Shown here: positions 48,655-51,594 of the stretch, piece by piece
Layout: the number at the start of each line of letters is the position of its first letter
Position numbering within the stretch: the first letter of the stretch is position 1
NCBI GenBank assembly: GCA_024137785.1
Contig: JAHRHZ010000085.1
Span: 3,664,869-3,716,462 of the forward strand
Source: Ginglymostoma cirratum
Taxonomy: Eukaryota
DNA: 51,594 nt
Direction of reading: 5' to 3'
Notes under the pieces: generated by a model
Database searches by the model: none
What the model saw: the letters and a program-made list of their open reading frames with translations, nothing else
What the model was told of the DNA's origin: nothing
Translations under genes and position numbers: made by a program

Positions 48655-49607
48655 AATTAGATAAGAAGATGGAAGGCATGGCTAGTAAATTTGTATATGA
48701 CAACAGAATTGGTGGTATTGTGGTCAGTGAAGAAGGTTACCTAACAGCACAAAGAGATCTTGATCAATCGGGTCAATGGGCTGAGGACTGGCAGATGGAA
48801 TTAAATTGGATGGATGCAAGGTATAGCATTTTGATGAAACAAACAAAGGACAGGACTTATAAAATTAATGGTAGGGTCCTAGTAGCATTGTAGAACAGAA
48901 AAACCTATGGTCTCTGTTGCATAATTCTTTAAAATTTGCATCACAGGTAGACAAGGTGGTTCAGGAGGCATTAAGCAAGCTTGCCGTCGTTGCTCAGACC
49001 TTTCAGTATAGGAGTTGGGGCATTATGTTGAAGTTGTACAGGATGTTGGTGAGGCCTCTTCTGGAATATTGTGTCCAGTTCTGGTTGCCCTGTTATAGGA
49101 AAAATACTATTAAGTTGGAGAGGGTTCAGAAAATATTTACCAGAATGTTATTGGGAATGGAGGGTTTGAGTTGTAAGGAAAGGCTAGATAGGCTAGGATT
49201 TTTTTTCACCGGAGTGTAGAAGGTAAAGGGATGACCTTATAAAAGTTTATAAAATCATGAGTGGTATAGATAAGGTGAATGGCAGGTGCCTTTTCCCTAG
49301 GGTAGGGTATTTCAAGACTAGGGGGTATATTTTTAAGGTGACAGGAGAAAGATTTAAGAAAGCGATGTGGGGCTTTTTTTTACACAGTGAGTAGTTCATG
49401 TGTGGAATGAACTTCCAGAAGAAGTGGTGGATGCAAGAACAATTACAATGTTTAGAAGATATTTGCATAAGTATATGAGGAAGCAATGTTTGGAGGGATA
49501 TGGGCCAAGTGCAGGCAGGTGGGACTAGTTTAGTTTGGGATTATTGTCAGCATGGACTGGTTGGACGGAAGGGTTGGTTTCTGTGCTGTATGTTTCTATG
49601 ACTCTAT
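48655..49607 (+). mobile_element. CR1 LINE 3' fragment
   Basis: SKFVYDNRIGG, RPLLEYCVQFW, LERVQKIFTRML; tctatgactctat tail. Confidence 0.9.
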
Positions 49608-50589
49608 CCTTTGCAATTGGTTGAAAGATGGGTAACTGACGTGTGCCACTATAATCACAGATGTAGGACATTAATAGCACGCATAAACAAAATTTCAGTG
49701 TGTTGAATGTCTATCTTTCGTCATCCAATTCAAGAAAACATTTTCAGAATCAAATATTTTCACAATTCCACTGTCATTAGCTGGCTGCTTACAGATTGTG
49801 AGTCCATGTCCCTCATTTATCATGTGACATGTAGGAGCCTGCGAAAAGTCAAACAGAAAGTCCACTATGGTTTCCAATGTGATTTCTCCTTTTCTCCTCA
49901 TGAATTATCACTTCCTTATTTCGTCTCTTTTATTGTCTATTGATTCAGTGCACTCTTCACTCTTCAGCTGCACTCTTGCCCTTATTTCCTTGAACAAAAT
50001 TTGCATGCAATACTGATTTTATTGGCCATGTATTAAAGATAGTTCCTTATCCTTTTCACGAAGAATCACAGTTGTAGGTGGTTTCTATTTTAGATTTATT
50101 AGTGTAATATTAATGTTCTGAGTTTATTTTCTGTTGTTCTTTTTTTCGAGACAACGATGCAATGCTTTTATTTCTGAGTCATTACTTGGTCTTTGCTTCA
50201 CTTGTATTCTCCAACAATAATGTGAAAAAAAACTACACTGTGATCGATGTTACCTAGATATAAACCTATGATTATCTAAATCTATTTAGATTATTAGATT
50301 CATCCTTTGCATTCATGGATGTTTATACGCCAAGCGAGAAATAAGTGATCCATAGTTGTAAAAGCGCCATCAATTTTATCACTGATGTTTATGCTACACG
50401 CTAGTTTCTTCAATAGTCACTTTCAGTTTTGTTTGTCACTTCACATGTGAGTTGTTTCCAACCTCCTGTAGTTATTCCAGTACCCCAAGACCATTTACCA
50501 TTTACCATTTGCACAGCCCACAGATTCCTCACTGCTTTTCTGGCTGCTCTGCTGCTTGTAATATTTTGTTATCAATTCCATTCTTAAGA

Positions 50590-50822
50590 TGTATTTTGTT
50601 CACTCATGGGATGGTGATGCCAGCATGTATTGCCCATTCCCTAATTACCCAGAGGGCAGTAAAGAGTTGAACACATTGCTGTGGGTTTGGAGTCACATGT
50701 AGGTCCAGACCAGGATAAGGTCTGAAATTCCCTTCCTACAGGACATTAGCAAATCAGATCGGTTTTTCCAACAACCGACAATATTTCATCATCATCGGTA
50801 TACTGCTAATTCCAGAGTTTTA
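50590..50822 (-). mobile_element. DeuSINE-type SINE fragment
   Basis: cacattgctgtgggtttggagtcacatgtaggtccagaccagg. Confidence 0.75.
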
Positions 50823-51359
50823 TGGCCCTTCTGTGTGGGATATCCATGTTTCAGTAGTTCCGAATACATTTGGTTTCTCACGCAGATTATTCCTTTAGAC
50901 CCTTTGTTTTCCTTTGAGTGTTGCGTACCTATTTGATAGAACAATTTTTTATTACTTTTTCATGTAACTATAGTTTAGCAGGCAATTAATGTTTTATTTT
51001 ATTCGTTACTTCATGAATAAACATGTTTTAGTTTTCTGGTAGTTCATGTTAATTTGAAAATCTTGACCTGTTGCATGTATGTATGACATTTCTCATGAAG
51101 GCACCTGAGGTAAAAGAGACTTCAAACAGCGATACGTATAGAGAGTAAATTATTTTTGTCAAGTGCCTAAAGGGCCATCAGGATAATTCCGGGTGACTGG
51201 ACATCATGGAACATGACCAATTCGCCTTAGGAGTAGCTAATTTATTTTAATTCACTTCAACTCAAACTTTGGAAGTTTAAGTTCCTTTCTCCTCGCGCTT
51301 CATTTATTCTGCATCTAGTGGTGTCAGAAATATAATCTGGCAACTTCTTCCAAAAGACA

Positions 51360-51594
51360 GAATGAACCAGAAATGCTGGAGAAAGCCAGCAGGGTCAGCA
51401 GCTTCTGTGGAGACAGAAACAAAGTAAAAGTTTTGATTTCTATATGACTCCCCTTCGGAACTGCTTGTCTCTGTGCAGAAATGGTCAGAACAGCTGAGTT
51501 TCTCTAGTATTAGAGATAAAAGGTACTGCAGATGCTGGAGAATCTGAGATAACAAGCATGGGGCTGGATGAACACAGCAGGTCAAGCAGCATCA
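51360..51594. mobile_element. Two Penelope-derived elements; the second (51515-end) is near-identical to the left arm at 27795
   Basis: ataaaaggtactgcagatgctggagaatctgagataacaagcatggggctggatgaacacagcaggtcaagcagcatca. Confidence 0.8.

Noticed and set aside
49620-51350. Promoter/leader of a third receptor gene
   Set aside because: AT-rich unique DNA, but no convincing leader or Ig exon was found before the window ends.
1-51594. CRISPR arrays or prokaryotic operons/defence systems
   Set aside because: The sequence is intron-containing vertebrate DNA with no regularly spaced repeat-spacer array.

Overview
Eukaryotic, repeat-rich genomic DNA, most likely from an elasmobranch (shark). This is inferred from the repeat repertoire: HE1/V-SINE-type and DeuSINE-type tRNA SINEs, CR1 LINEs and Penelope-like elements. 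The host content is part of a tandem cluster of SIRP-like immunoglobulin-superfamily inhibitory receptor genes on the + strand, reconstructed here by manual splicing and largely absent from the ORF track. Gene 1 is represented by its intact 3' half: a TM exon (2993-3106) plus cytoplasmic exons 3547-3590, 7268-7378 and 7518-7646, carrying four SIRPalpha-style tyrosine motifs (LIYAHL, TVYAET, LTYAAL, PLYAAV). Gene 2 (~19927-36173) has a leader/V(J-joined)/C1/TM/cytoplasmic layout. Its V exon is broken by a hairpin retroelement insertion, stops and frameshifts, and its last exon has lost its tyrosines, so it is a probable pseudogene or truncated variant. The rest of the window is mobile DNA: many CR1 fragments (two young and long, one nested in an older near full-length copy), Penelope elements and short palindromic Penelope derivatives with long TSDs and hammerhead-ribozyme-like cores, a Gypsy integrase fragment, an ERV-L/Fv1-like gag remnant (window start, - strand) and a degenerate class III-like ERV int-env-LTR (43414-47160). 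There is one 400-N assembly gap at 27924-28323, inside a perfect inverted repeat. Repeat boundaries are approximate and all family assignments are by eye, with no database search.
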